64,000 nt of DNA from Deltaproteobacteria bacterium (GTDB lineage: Bacteria > Desulfobacterota > DSM-4660 > Desulfatiglandales > HGW-15). Positions 45,730 to 54,277 of the stretch are shown piece by piece. Numbering within the stretch: the stretch's first letter is position 1; the number at the start of each line of letters is the position of its first letter. The stretch lies in contig JAFGFY010000093.1 in NCBI GenBank assembly GCA_016930795.1, positions 6,306-70,305 of the forward strand. Direction: 5' to 3'. Under the pieces are notes generated by a model, which was not told the DNA's origin, searched no databases, and was given only the letters and a program-made list of their open reading frames with translations. A program made the translations under genes and the position numbers.

Positions 45730-46401
45730 ATGGCAATGAAATCCTTAGGAGGCAGTTTATTCTTCAGTTCGTGGAGCGGAGGGAAAGACTCGTGTCTTGC
45801 CCTTTATCACGCAATCCAACACGACGGGATTCCGAAAGCCCTTCTCACATTGATGACAGAAGGCAAAGAGAGATCTCGCTCTCACGGCCTCCCTATCGCA
45901 GTGTTCAAAAGCCAGGCAAGCTCATTGGGAATACCTCTTGTTCCGCGTTCTTCATCATGGGCAGACTATGAACATACTTTTATCTCTGCGGCCCATGAAT
46001 TCAGAAAAGAAGGTGTCGAATATGGGGTATTCGGAGATATTGACGTGGAGCCCCATCTTGAATGGGTCAAACGCGTATGCGCGTCTGCGTCGATTCAAGC
46101 ATATGAGCCCCTATGGAAACGAGACCGATCGGAACTCTTGGATGAATTTTTTTCTCTGGGATTCAAGGCCATGATCATTGCTGTAAAACAAGAGACATTG
46201 GATAATGATTTCTTGGGTCGAATCCTTGATCGCCAGGTGATCAACGAGATGAAGAAAGTAGGAATCGATGCCTCCGGAGAAAATGGGGAATATCACACGG
46301 TCGTCATTGACGGGCCGATCTTTGCTTATCCCCTACAGCTTGAAAAGGGCCGACGGGTGATCATGGATGGCTACGGCTTCCTGGATGTTTCAGTCCGCTG
46401 A
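45730..46401 (+). CDS. PP-loop ATP pyrophosphatase of the Dph6/MJ0570 (DUF71) family
   Basis: FFSSWSGGKDSCLALYHAI (SGGKDS PP-loop). 223 aa. Confidence 0.8.
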   Translation: MAMKSLGGSLFFSSWSGGKDSCLALYHAIQHDGIPKALLTLMTEGKERSRSHGLPIAVFKSQASSLGIPLVPRSSSWADYEHTFISAAHEFRKEGVEYGVFGDIDVEPHLEWVKRVCASASIQAYEPLWKRDRSELLDEFFSLGFKAMIIAVKQETLDNDFLGRILDRQVINEMKKVGIDASGENGEYHTVVIDGPIFAYPLQLEKGRRVIMDGYGFLDVSVR

Positions 46402-46515
46402 TTCTTGTTCGAAGTTCTTCTCCTATTTTCTTCAGTGCAAGGGTCGAAGGTTCCAGGAGCCAAGGAGCAAGGGATTAACGGAATTATCTGATTAATGAGG
46501 CATTAGATACTGAAA

Positions 46516-47550
46516 ATGAAAATTCTGTATGGTGTTTCAGGGGACGGATTCGGTCACTCCTCGCGCGCCAAGGTTGTCGGTCGTTATTTAAAGGACTGGG
46601 GACATGACGTGAAGGTCTTGACCTACGGACGGGCCTATGAAGTATTGAAGAATGAGTTTGATCTATTTGAAGTGAGTGGGATGGAGATTCAATTTGCGGA
46701 GGGAGCACTGAAAAAGAGATCCACGATAAAACATAACATCAAAATCATTGCTGAGAATCTCTCAAAATGGCGTAGGTTTGATGCTTTGATGAAAGACTAT
46801 GATCCGGCCCTCTGTATCTCTGATATGGAACCTATTGTTCCTATTCTCAGATTCTGGTTTAAAAAACCTCTCATCTGTCTGGACAATCAGCACAGAATAA
46901 CCAACCTCAAACTTGATGTACCCAAAAAATATTATGCGGATTATATGATCGCAAAGACGGTCGTTGCGAATTTTGTCTCAAAAGCCGAACATTTTATCAT
47001 CACTTCCTTTTCAAACCCCGAGATCATACATCCGAATACCACCATCGTACCTCCGATCATACGTGAAGAAGTAAAAAGGTTATCGCCGTCAGAAGGGTAT
47101 AAAGTACTCGTATATCTCACCAGAGAGAACCAGTATATTTTAGATATCTTGAAACAGTTTAATGAAGAGTTTGTCGTCTTCGGATACAATGTCAACACAA
47201 CGGAAAATAACCTTGAATTCAAAGATAGGGATTTCTTTCTCGATGAACTCAAGGACTGTAAAGCCATAATCGCTACAGCGGGATTCACCCTGATGTCCGA
47301 AGCCATCTACCTGAAGAAACCCTATCTGGCCTTGCCATTAAAAGGACAATTTGAACAGGTTCTTAACGCATTATTCCTAAAACAGGCGGGTTATGGGGAT
47401 TATTCGGATGATCTCCAGGAAGAGGAGGTTACAGATTTCTTGGCAAAGATAGAATCATACCGGCAGCGTTTGAATGATTATGAAGTTGATTTTCAAAAAC
47501 TGCCGAAGACGTTGAAGTGTGTGATTGAAAACCTAGGGCAGAGATTGTAA
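46516..47550 (+). CDS. Glycosyltransferase of the MJ1255/GT28-like family
   Basis: The N-terminal MKILYGVSGDGFGHSSRAKVV motif is typical of this family. Confidence 0.75.
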   Translation: MKILYGVSGDGFGHSSRAKVVGRYLKDWGHDVKVLTYGRAYEVLKNEFDLFEVSGMEIQFAEGALKKRSTIKHNIKIIAENLSKWRRFDALMKDYDPALCISDMEPIVPILRFWFKKPLICLDNQHRITNLKLDVPKKYYADYMIAKTVVANFVSKAEHFIITSFSNPEIIHPNTTIVPPIIREEVKRLSPSEGYKVLVYLTRENQYILDILKQFNEEFVVFGYNVNTTENNLEFKDRDFFLDELKDCKAIIATAGFTLMSEAIYLKKPYLALPLKGQFEQVLNALFLKQAGYGDYSDDLQEEEVTDFLAKIESYRQRLNDYEVDFQKLPKTLKCVIENLGQRL

Positions 47551-47556
47551 ACAGCG

Positions 47557-47598
47557 GCCGGACCGTCTATGCATCATGATTATTATAGACGGTCCGGC
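47557..47598. terminator. Bidirectional hairpin terminator between convergent genes
   Basis: Perfect 14-bp stem pairing GCCGGACCGTCTAT with ATAGACGGTCCGGC, with a 14-nt loop. Confidence 0.75.
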
Positions 47599-47607
47599 AT
47601 GAAATGA

Positions 47608-48744
47608 TTATTTGATGATCTGGATTTTATCCGAAAAACCATCCTCATAGGTGCTCCATCCGGAGTTCATCCCGTAAGGGCAGCGCTGAAGAACGGCTTC
47701 AATTCTACGTATCTTTCCCTCCTCGATCTTGAATAGCTCCGCTATCTGCCAGGTCCAGGGTTCTGCAGGTCCTGCAACCACTTCGCGACCGTCGGGGGTT
47801 GTGAAATGCCGGGATTCCCCTGCGGCATGGTCGAAGAAACAGAAACTGAAAACAATCCCGCGTTCTCGATCGACGGCCACGAAGCGACGGTCACGGATCC
47901 GTGTTACAAAATGGATCAGGCCGGATTCAAACTGTTCCTTACATCCCCAATGGGAGGAATACACCGTCTCCTTGAGTGGATCCGGCATTTCCTGTCCGGG
48001 AGCCAGGGGAACGTTTGTCGAACGACCGCCGTTTTCGTACCGTTCGCAGTCATCGGTAAAGGGGTAGGTGCCCGTGCCGTCGACTCCTTTGCCGTCATTT
48101 TTCTGCATTCCGGAGAAATAATAATTCGCGGTTTTAATTAATTCCTCGCGTGAAGGCCGTTTGTCCTCAGGAATGACTGCGGTGAAGATTGGATGCGGAT
48201 TGCCGAGTTCTCTTCCCATTTTTTCAATACTCTCAGCGGCCGAGGGACCCGAAGGACCATGATCGGGATTCAGCAGATTGCTTTCCGGTCTTATGACCAG
48301 CTGTTCCGCTTCGGAGATCAACCCATCATCGATTTTCAATCGCAGTGCAATGGCCACAGCTCTCGGTTCGCCGCCGGCCTCCTGTGGTTCTTCCCTAGCG
48401 GTTCCGAAAAAACCGATCTGCCGAGTCTCGACATCAGGGACATAGAATCGATACGATCCTTTACCGACCATGCTGGCCCAAAGGCCTTCGCTCCCTAAAG
48501 GCAATCGCACACCGTTTTCCGTGAATCTGCAATCCTTGGAAAAAAGGGCCTCGTTGGGATCATTGGCAAGCATTGCATCCATATATTGATTTACGTAGTT
48601 TTCCAGACAGGCCGTGTCGCATGGGGATTGAGATCCCGGATCTGTATTTGTGGATTCCTTACTTGAAGACTCCGGCCCCTGACAGGCAGCCACCATCGAC
48701 AGAAGAATCGCGGTTATACCTATAGTCACTATATTTATCCGCAT
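47608..48744 (-). CDS. Lipoprotein of unknown function, 378 aa
   Basis: Lipobox LSMVAAC. I did not recognise any family. Confidence 0.75.
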   Translation of the reverse strand: MRINIVTIGITAILLSMVAACQGPESSSKESTNTDPGSQSPCDTACLENYVNQYMDAMLANDPNEALFSKDCRFTENGVRLPLGSEGLWASMVGKGSYRFYVPDVETRQIGFFGTAREEPQEAGGEPRAVAIALRLKIDDGLISEAEQLVIRPESNLLNPDHGPSGPSAAESIEKMGRELGNPHPIFTAVIPEDKRPSREELIKTANYYFSGMQKNDGKGVDGTGTYPFTDDCERYENGGRSTNVPLAPGQEMPDPLKETVYSSHWGCKEQFESGLIHFVTRIRDRRFVAVDRERGIVFSFCFFDHAAGESRHFTTPDGREVVAGPAEPWTWQIAELFKIEEGKIRRIEAVLQRCPYGMNSGWSTYEDGFSDKIQIIK

Positions 48745-48848
48745 TGGTTACCTCCTTTTAAGCCTCATTTCTCATCAGTTTTTGCCACTTTTTTTGCGTC
48801 GCTTCGCTACCGGTAATATCTCATCCGTGCTCCTCCATCCGTTCGGAT

Positions 48849-49985
48849 CTATGCCAGAAGCTCCTGCGCGCGTATCAACCTGTTACGGACATCAACCCCA
48901 TTGGGGCACTGAATCGTGCAAGAGGAACAATCGCTGCAACGAATTTCTCGAATCTCTTTCGGAAGACGCCTGAAGCTCTCCTGCGCTTGATGGAAATCGC
49001 CGCCAAAATCATTATAGGCCAAAAAACGCAACTCATCCGTGACGGGCATACCCTTCGGGCATATTCCCTTGCACTCATAACACATTCGGCAATATAGCGG
49101 CCGGATTTCCTCGCTTCGCGTGTACAGCATTTTCTCGTCCTGCGGCGTGTAAGTCTCATTCATAGCTCTCACGTTCATCTCAAGTTCGGCGATATTCTTC
49201 ACATAAGGAACTGTGGTTGATATCGCGGGATTTAAAAGAACCCACTTTATGGCCGCCAACGGCCCCTCTTTAGGCAAGTTGACATCCCTTGGTATAAATC
49301 CGGCCACCGCGATAATGACCTTCATCGCCACCATTCCGATTCCTTCCGCATACAGCCTAGCAATGGCCTGCTGCCTTAAAGGTGCGCTGCCTATGGCATA
49401 ACTGTAGGTTGTCTGTACAACATCGAATTTTCCGATCGAAAGGATTCGATCCGTTACTGCATGCACGTCGTGGGTACTCACTCCGATAAACCGGGTCTTT
49501 CCCTGCTTCTTGAGTAATTCACAGGCTTCAACGGCTTCATCGGTGATTGTATCGGGTGTGTCTCTGGAGTGCAGGTGCCAGATATCTACATAGTCTGTGT
49601 TCAGCGCTTTGAGACTTTCATCCATATCTTTAAATATGGCATCCCTAGTTCTTCCATCGGTTTTTGTCGCCAGGATGACTCGATTCCTCTTTCCTTTAAG
49701 AGCGGCTCCTGTTATCCGCTCACTGTCGCCATTTCCATACCCACGTGCCGTGTCGAAGTAATTGACACCCAAATCGATGGCTCGTGCGATAACTTGAGGA
49801 TCGGGCTCAATGCCGACGCCGGAACCAACAGTGGAGACCTTCAAACCTGTTTTACCTAACACCCGATAAGCGGCACTGGACGGTGTTTTGGCAAAAGCGG
49901 AAAAGCTGTGTGCCGATGCTATTCCCGCTGCGGGCAGGACTATTCCGGCTTTCATGAACTTCCTCCGCGACGAATTGAACTCCAT
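48849..49985 (-). CDS. Tat-exported aldo/keto reductase with C-terminal Fe-S cluster domain
   Basis: Tat leader SSRRKFMKAGIVLPAAGIASAHS, AKR core YFDTARGYGNGDSE, and C-terminal CRMCYECKGICPKG and CSDCSSCTIQCPNG. Confidence 0.88.
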   Translation of the reverse strand: MEFNSSRRKFMKAGIVLPAAGIASAHSFSAFAKTPSSAAYRVLGKTGLKVSTVGSGVGIEPDPQVIARAIDLGVNYFDTARGYGNGDSERITGAALKGKRNRVILATKTDGRTRDAIFKDMDESLKALNTDYVDIWHLHSRDTPDTITDEAVEACELLKKQGKTRFIGVSTHDVHAVTDRILSIGKFDVVQTTYSYAIGSAPLRQQAIARLYAEGIGMVAMKVIIAVAGFIPRDVNLPKEGPLAAIKWVLLNPAISTTVPYVKNIAELEMNVRAMNETYTPQDEKMLYTRSEEIRPLYCRMCYECKGICPKGMPVTDELRFLAYNDFGGDFHQAQESFRRLPKEIREIRCSDCSSCTIQCPNGVDVRNRLIRAQELLA

Positions 49986-50105
49986 AAATCTCCCTTTCCC
50001 GGATGAATTGACTCTTGATAAGAGCTTGCTTGATTGCCCAAGAATATAAAGAGAATCAGATCGCAGGTCAAGGGAAAAGGACTACTCCAGGTTTACCATA
50101 AATAA

Positions 50106-50135
50106 TTGACACGTCTTGACACGTAACGCTATGGT
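50106..50135 (+). promoter_or_regulatory. Candidate promoter with tandem TTGACACGT repeats
   Basis: TTGACACGT at 50106-50114 and again at 50116-50124. TATGGT at 50130-50135 lies 18 nt after the first TTGACA. Confidence 0.3.
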
Positions 50136-50306
50136 ATGGTAGCACTTTTGAGCTGGAAATTTACATCTATCTGAAATGTAGGGAGACTCTATAAGAGACC
50201 TTTGGCATGGCGATTTCAGCCATCCAAGGAAATCTGAAGTGAACGTTGAATATCTCACGTTACAGCATAGCCATGAAAAATGAGTATTGATGAGGGGAAA
50301 TGAAAA

Positions 50307-51812
50307 ATGGGGAATAATCAAAAGGGGATCCATATCAGTAGACGCGGTTTTATGAAAACAACCGCTTTGGCGAGTATAGCCGCAACTCTTCCGGCAACAA
50401 ACCTTGTGGGACAAAGCACTATCACAACGACAGTTGGAACAAAACCGAGCCCTGAAGGGAGAAAAAGGAACCTGCTTTTTTCAAGTGACAATCCTGAAAG
50501 ATTCAAGACATTGATTGAATCAATTCAAGCCATCAAGGAATACGATTTCCATGTGACGCCGATCAAGATCGACTATCAGAGACTAGAGGAATCGACCACT
50601 GTCATTCAAGACCGTGACGCGGATATTCTTGCTATTACTCTGCCTGGAATGGGCATTTCTTCGGCAAGAATCGGCGACTACCTCGACAACCCAAGCATTC
50701 CTGTCATCGTGTTCGCTGCAAATCCCGACCTGATCATGTTGGAAGCGGATGCAGTGGCAAGGCTCCGAAGAAAAGGCATTAATTCCGTGCTCGCCAACTC
50801 GGAGTCCCATTTTTTGGAGCTAGTCAAAATCTTTGCGGCCCCCAGGATTCTGGAAGGCAAAAAGGCCCTTATTTTCGGCAGACCGTTTGACTCCTCCAGC
50901 GTCCCGGCCCCCCATCTCAATGCTGATTACATTTACAAACATACGGGCGTCAGGCTTGAGTACCGGCCGATATCGGAACTGAAGCCGCTGCTTGAAATGG
51001 TTAACAAATCAGAAGCCAGGAAGGAAATGGAACGCCTGAAAAAAGAGGCGGTGAAGATCGTAGAGCCCACGGATGAAGCCATTCTTGAGGCCTGCAAAAT
51101 GTATGTCCTTTTACGGTCCCTCATAGATCGGGAAGGGCTATCCGCAGTCTCAATTGACTGTCTGAGTTTCTCATTCTCTCAGAAACCAATCGTACCACTG
51201 CCTTGCATTGCCTACACCCGATTGTTGGACCAAGGTATCGCAGTGCCATGTGAAGCGGATGTTTGCATGTTGCTCTCTTCGCTTATCATGCAGAAAATAA
51301 GCGAAAAGCCTTCCTTTTTCCATAATGTATCTGAGGTCGATACCAAAAAGTCCGTTGCAATCCTTCGTCATTGTGTTGCACCGATCAGATTGCTGGGAGC
51401 TGACGCGGAGCCGCTACCATTTAATCTACGTGACTATCATGGCTTCGGGAGAGACATCGTCCCGGAAGTGGAATTTCCGGTAGGGGTGGAAGTGACCATG
51501 GGCGGATTCAGCAAAGACTTGAACAATTTTGTTATTTGGCCCGGCAGGATCCAACCCGGGATTCACGATATGGAAACCCCCTCTTTCCAAAACGTTCCTG
51601 AAAACGCTCCGGCAACAATGAAAAATATGCGCAGGTTCTGCTCAAACAGGGCTGAAGTGAAGATACGATACGTCGATCGGTTTCTTCAAAGCATTGCAGG
51701 CATCCACCAGGTGATGGTCGCAGGAATTTATACGAACGCGATCTATGAAGCCATGGCTCGAATGAATGTGAGTGTGATAGCCCCACCGGATATGAGGCCT
51801 CCTGAAGCCTGA
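50307..51812 (+). CDS. Tat-signal protein resembling the L-fucose/L-arabinose isomerase-like (COG2407) fold, 501 aa
   Basis: Tat leader ISRRGFMKTTALASIAATLPA. The fold guess rests only on overall pattern (…LPCIAYTRLLDQGIAVPCEADVCMLL…) and has low confidence. Confidence 0.7.
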   Translation: MGNNQKGIHISRRGFMKTTALASIAATLPATNLVGQSTITTTVGTKPSPEGRKRNLLFSSDNPERFKTLIESIQAIKEYDFHVTPIKIDYQRLEESTTVIQDRDADILAITLPGMGISSARIGDYLDNPSIPVIVFAANPDLIMLEADAVARLRRKGINSVLANSESHFLELVKIFAAPRILEGKKALIFGRPFDSSSVPAPHLNADYIYKHTGVRLEYRPISELKPLLEMVNKSEARKEMERLKKEAVKIVEPTDEAILEACKMYVLLRSLIDREGLSAVSIDCLSFSFSQKPIVPLPCIAYTRLLDQGIAVPCEADVCMLLSSLIMQKISEKPSFFHNVSEVDTKKSVAILRHCVAPIRLLGADAEPLPFNLRDYHGFGRDIVPEVEFPVGVEVTMGGFSKDLNNFVIWPGRIQPGIHDMETPSFQNVPENAPATMKNMRRFCSNRAEVKIRYVDRFLQSIAGIHQVMVAGIYTNAIYEAMARMNVSVIAPPDMRPPEA

Positions 51813-51883
51813 AAAACATGGCTTAAGTCATTCAGTCTTCCACAGGCCCGGAGTCACTGCTCCTTGAAGAAAATGTGACTATG

Positions 51884-52684
51884 CTATATCGCATCCGAAT
51901 AAAGATCCAGCATACGGCCTAGTTTACCGGTCCTGGTATTCCCTACATAGTAATCATCCCCGACCAAAACAAGAACCGGTGGACCGCTCCCTTCCTTGAC
52001 CGGCATGGGCGGGTAACCCGAGAACTCCGGAAGTTGCTCTCTGAGATTCTTCGCCTTCCCGATATCCAACATAGGAAAATCCCCAAAGGTGATTCCCATG
52101 GAACCGTAATATTGTTTCATCTCCTCAGGCAGTGAGGAATCAGGATCCTTAGTCACGATGATCACCACGTGGGTAGGCAGGAGGCCTCTTTTGTCGTTGG
52201 GAAATGTCTCCAGGACCTTCAATATGTTGTCAAGACTCTTTGCTCTGCCGGTTTCCTGATCGTAATTCTTATGGAATTTGTCCATGCTGATAAAGGTCTT
52301 CAGCGGCGTGTCGGCATTCTCTATGTACTTGTGGAAAAAACCATATGTCCGGTCATAGTCGTAGAAATAACTCCCATTGGTGTTATAGGTTGGCAGCGCT
52401 CCGGCGTTGGCGGTCGCGATAAGAATATCCACCAGATCCTTACCATCTTCTTCCCAAAGCGTCGGTTCCCCGCCGGTGTAATTCAGGTTCCAGTATGAAT
52501 TCTTCAGACTGGTGCATTCTGAAATAGCTGTCATGATCTGATTCCAGGTCAAACGGTACCCTGGGTGAATAACATGGTCTTCGGCGTCACCGATATAGAT
52601 GTATCCACAATGCTCGCAGTTGAAATTGCATTTGTGGAGCAAAGAAACGCCCATGATGTGTGTCGGTTTTTTATGATCGGTCAT
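51884..52684 (-). CDS. Small radical SAM enzyme (no SPASM-type extension), 266 aa
   Basis: CNFNCEHCGY (CX3CX2C) and YTGGEPTLW. ATG 52684 is preceded by AAGGGGGG. Confidence 0.85.
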   Translation of the reverse strand: MTDHKKPTHIMGVSLLHKCNFNCEHCGYIYIGDAEDHVIHPGYRLTWNQIMTAISECTSLKNSYWNLNYTGGEPTLWEEDGKDLVDILIATANAGALPTYNTNGSYFYDYDRTYGFFHKYIENADTPLKTFISMDKFHKNYDQETGRAKSLDNILKVLETFPNDKRGLLPTHVVIIVTKDPDSSLPEEMKQYYGSMGITFGDFPMLDIGKAKNLREQLPEFSGYPPMPVKEGSGPPVLVLVGDDYYVGNTRTGKLGRMLDLYSDAI

Positions 52685-53114
52685 TGATCCCCCCTTAACA
52701 ACCCGACTCTCTAGCCCTACTTTAGCATCGTTCAATGAATACAGAACATATAAATACCAACTAACTATGATTCTTGGGAAAATCCGGCCAAATCGTATCT
52801 ATGGTGTTGGAATCGGTAGACTAATACCATGATCTTCATATTGTATTACAATGGATTCAACAGCACGTCCATACCTTTTTTACCTCGTGTTACCCGCAAG
52901 TGTCCGCGGCGACTCCCATACTCATCGGCATCGCATGCGTCAAGCGGTCTCGCAGACATTTCTACTTGAAATTCTTCGCTCTCGATTTCGTCCTCACAAA
53001 ATCCATACATAGCATTATCTGACCCACTTTTACTTGACACATAAGTTAAAACTTTCCTACACTCACGTTAAAAATGCAAGTGCTTACGATCAAATTCTAT
53101 TGGAGGGCATTCAT

Positions 53115-53936
53115 ATGAAATTAGAAGGAAAAGTTGCACTAATAACAGGAGGTGGCGGCGGCATTGGCGCGGCTGTCGCGGAAAGGTTCGTTAATGAAGG
53201 CGCCAAGATCCTTATTACAGGACGTCGTCAGGGATTACTTGAGAATATGGCCCAGAAATTACCGGCAGGTAGTGTCGAGATATTCGCTGGTGATGTTTCC
53301 AAGGAAAAAGATGCCAAAGGAATGGTGGAAACGGCTGTGAAATTCGGTGGGAAGCTCGATGTTCTGGTCAATAACGCGGGTATCAGTATGATAGGCTCTG
53401 TAGCTGATATATCAATTGAAAACTGGAACAAGACTCTGGCCATTAATCTGACAGGTCCTATGATGATGATGAAAGAGGCCATTCCCCACATGATCAAGGC
53501 AGGCGGAGGATCCATTATTAATATCGCGTCTGTTGGTGGACTAAGATGCCTTCCGGGAAGAACCGCCTATTGCACAACCAAGGCCGGGCTCATTATGTTA
53601 ACCAAACAGACCGCTTTAGACTATGGAAAAAACAATATAAGGTGTAATGCCGTATGCCCTGGGGGTGTCACGACAGAAATGACAGAAGCGGATTTTGGGC
53701 AAGCCGCAAAGATGGTTGGAATGGAGACAGGCCCGTTTATCAAAGAAATTGCCACAGCAATGCCTCTGAATCGATTCGCGGACATTCATGAGATGGGTGG
53801 AATTTGTACCTTCCTGGCAAGCGATGATTCATCCTTTATGACCGGCGCTGAATTGGTCATTGACGGTGGTACCGCTGTCGTAGACGTCGTTGGCGCGGGA
53901 ATTTCCGGATTAATGAGAAAAGCCGGGGTGTTATAG
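53115..53936 (+). CDS. Short-chain dehydrogenase/reductase (SDR)
   Basis: ITGGGGGIGAAVA, NNAG and the catalytic YCTTK. ATG 53115 follows GGAGGG. Confidence 0.93.
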   Translation: MKLEGKVALITGGGGGIGAAVAERFVNEGAKILITGRRQGLLENMAQKLPAGSVEIFAGDVSKEKDAKGMVETAVKFGGKLDVLVNNAGISMIGSVADISIENWNKTLAINLTGPMMMMKEAIPHMIKAGGGSIINIASVGGLRCLPGRTAYCTTKAGLIMLTKQTALDYGKNNIRCNAVCPGGVTTEMTEADFGQAAKMVGMETGPFIKEIATAMPLNRFADIHEMGGICTFLASDDSSFMTGAELVIDGGTAVVDVVGAGISGLMRKAGVL

Positions 53937-54277
53937 CTGATAAAGACGCCGGATATTCTGTCCGGCATTTTTGGTTTTCAATCTGTTCATATTTGGTAAA
54001 TTCCTGGATCATTTCGTTCAATGATTTAAGCGTTTCTTCACACAAAATCATGGAGATGTGACTATACTTACTGATTCCACAAGGCTTAAGTTGTTGTACT
54101 CGCACCATTTTTGCATATTCTTATTACACCACTTTTCCGGTTGAACTTAAAATGATCGACCTTCAGAAAGGAACACCTGAAAGTCAAAACCGAGAGCCAG
54201 ATCCATCCAAAACACTCCTGGCAAGCTCCGGATCGATTATCGGGCAAGGATTGGCTCTCATTCGGAGGTTTATACTT

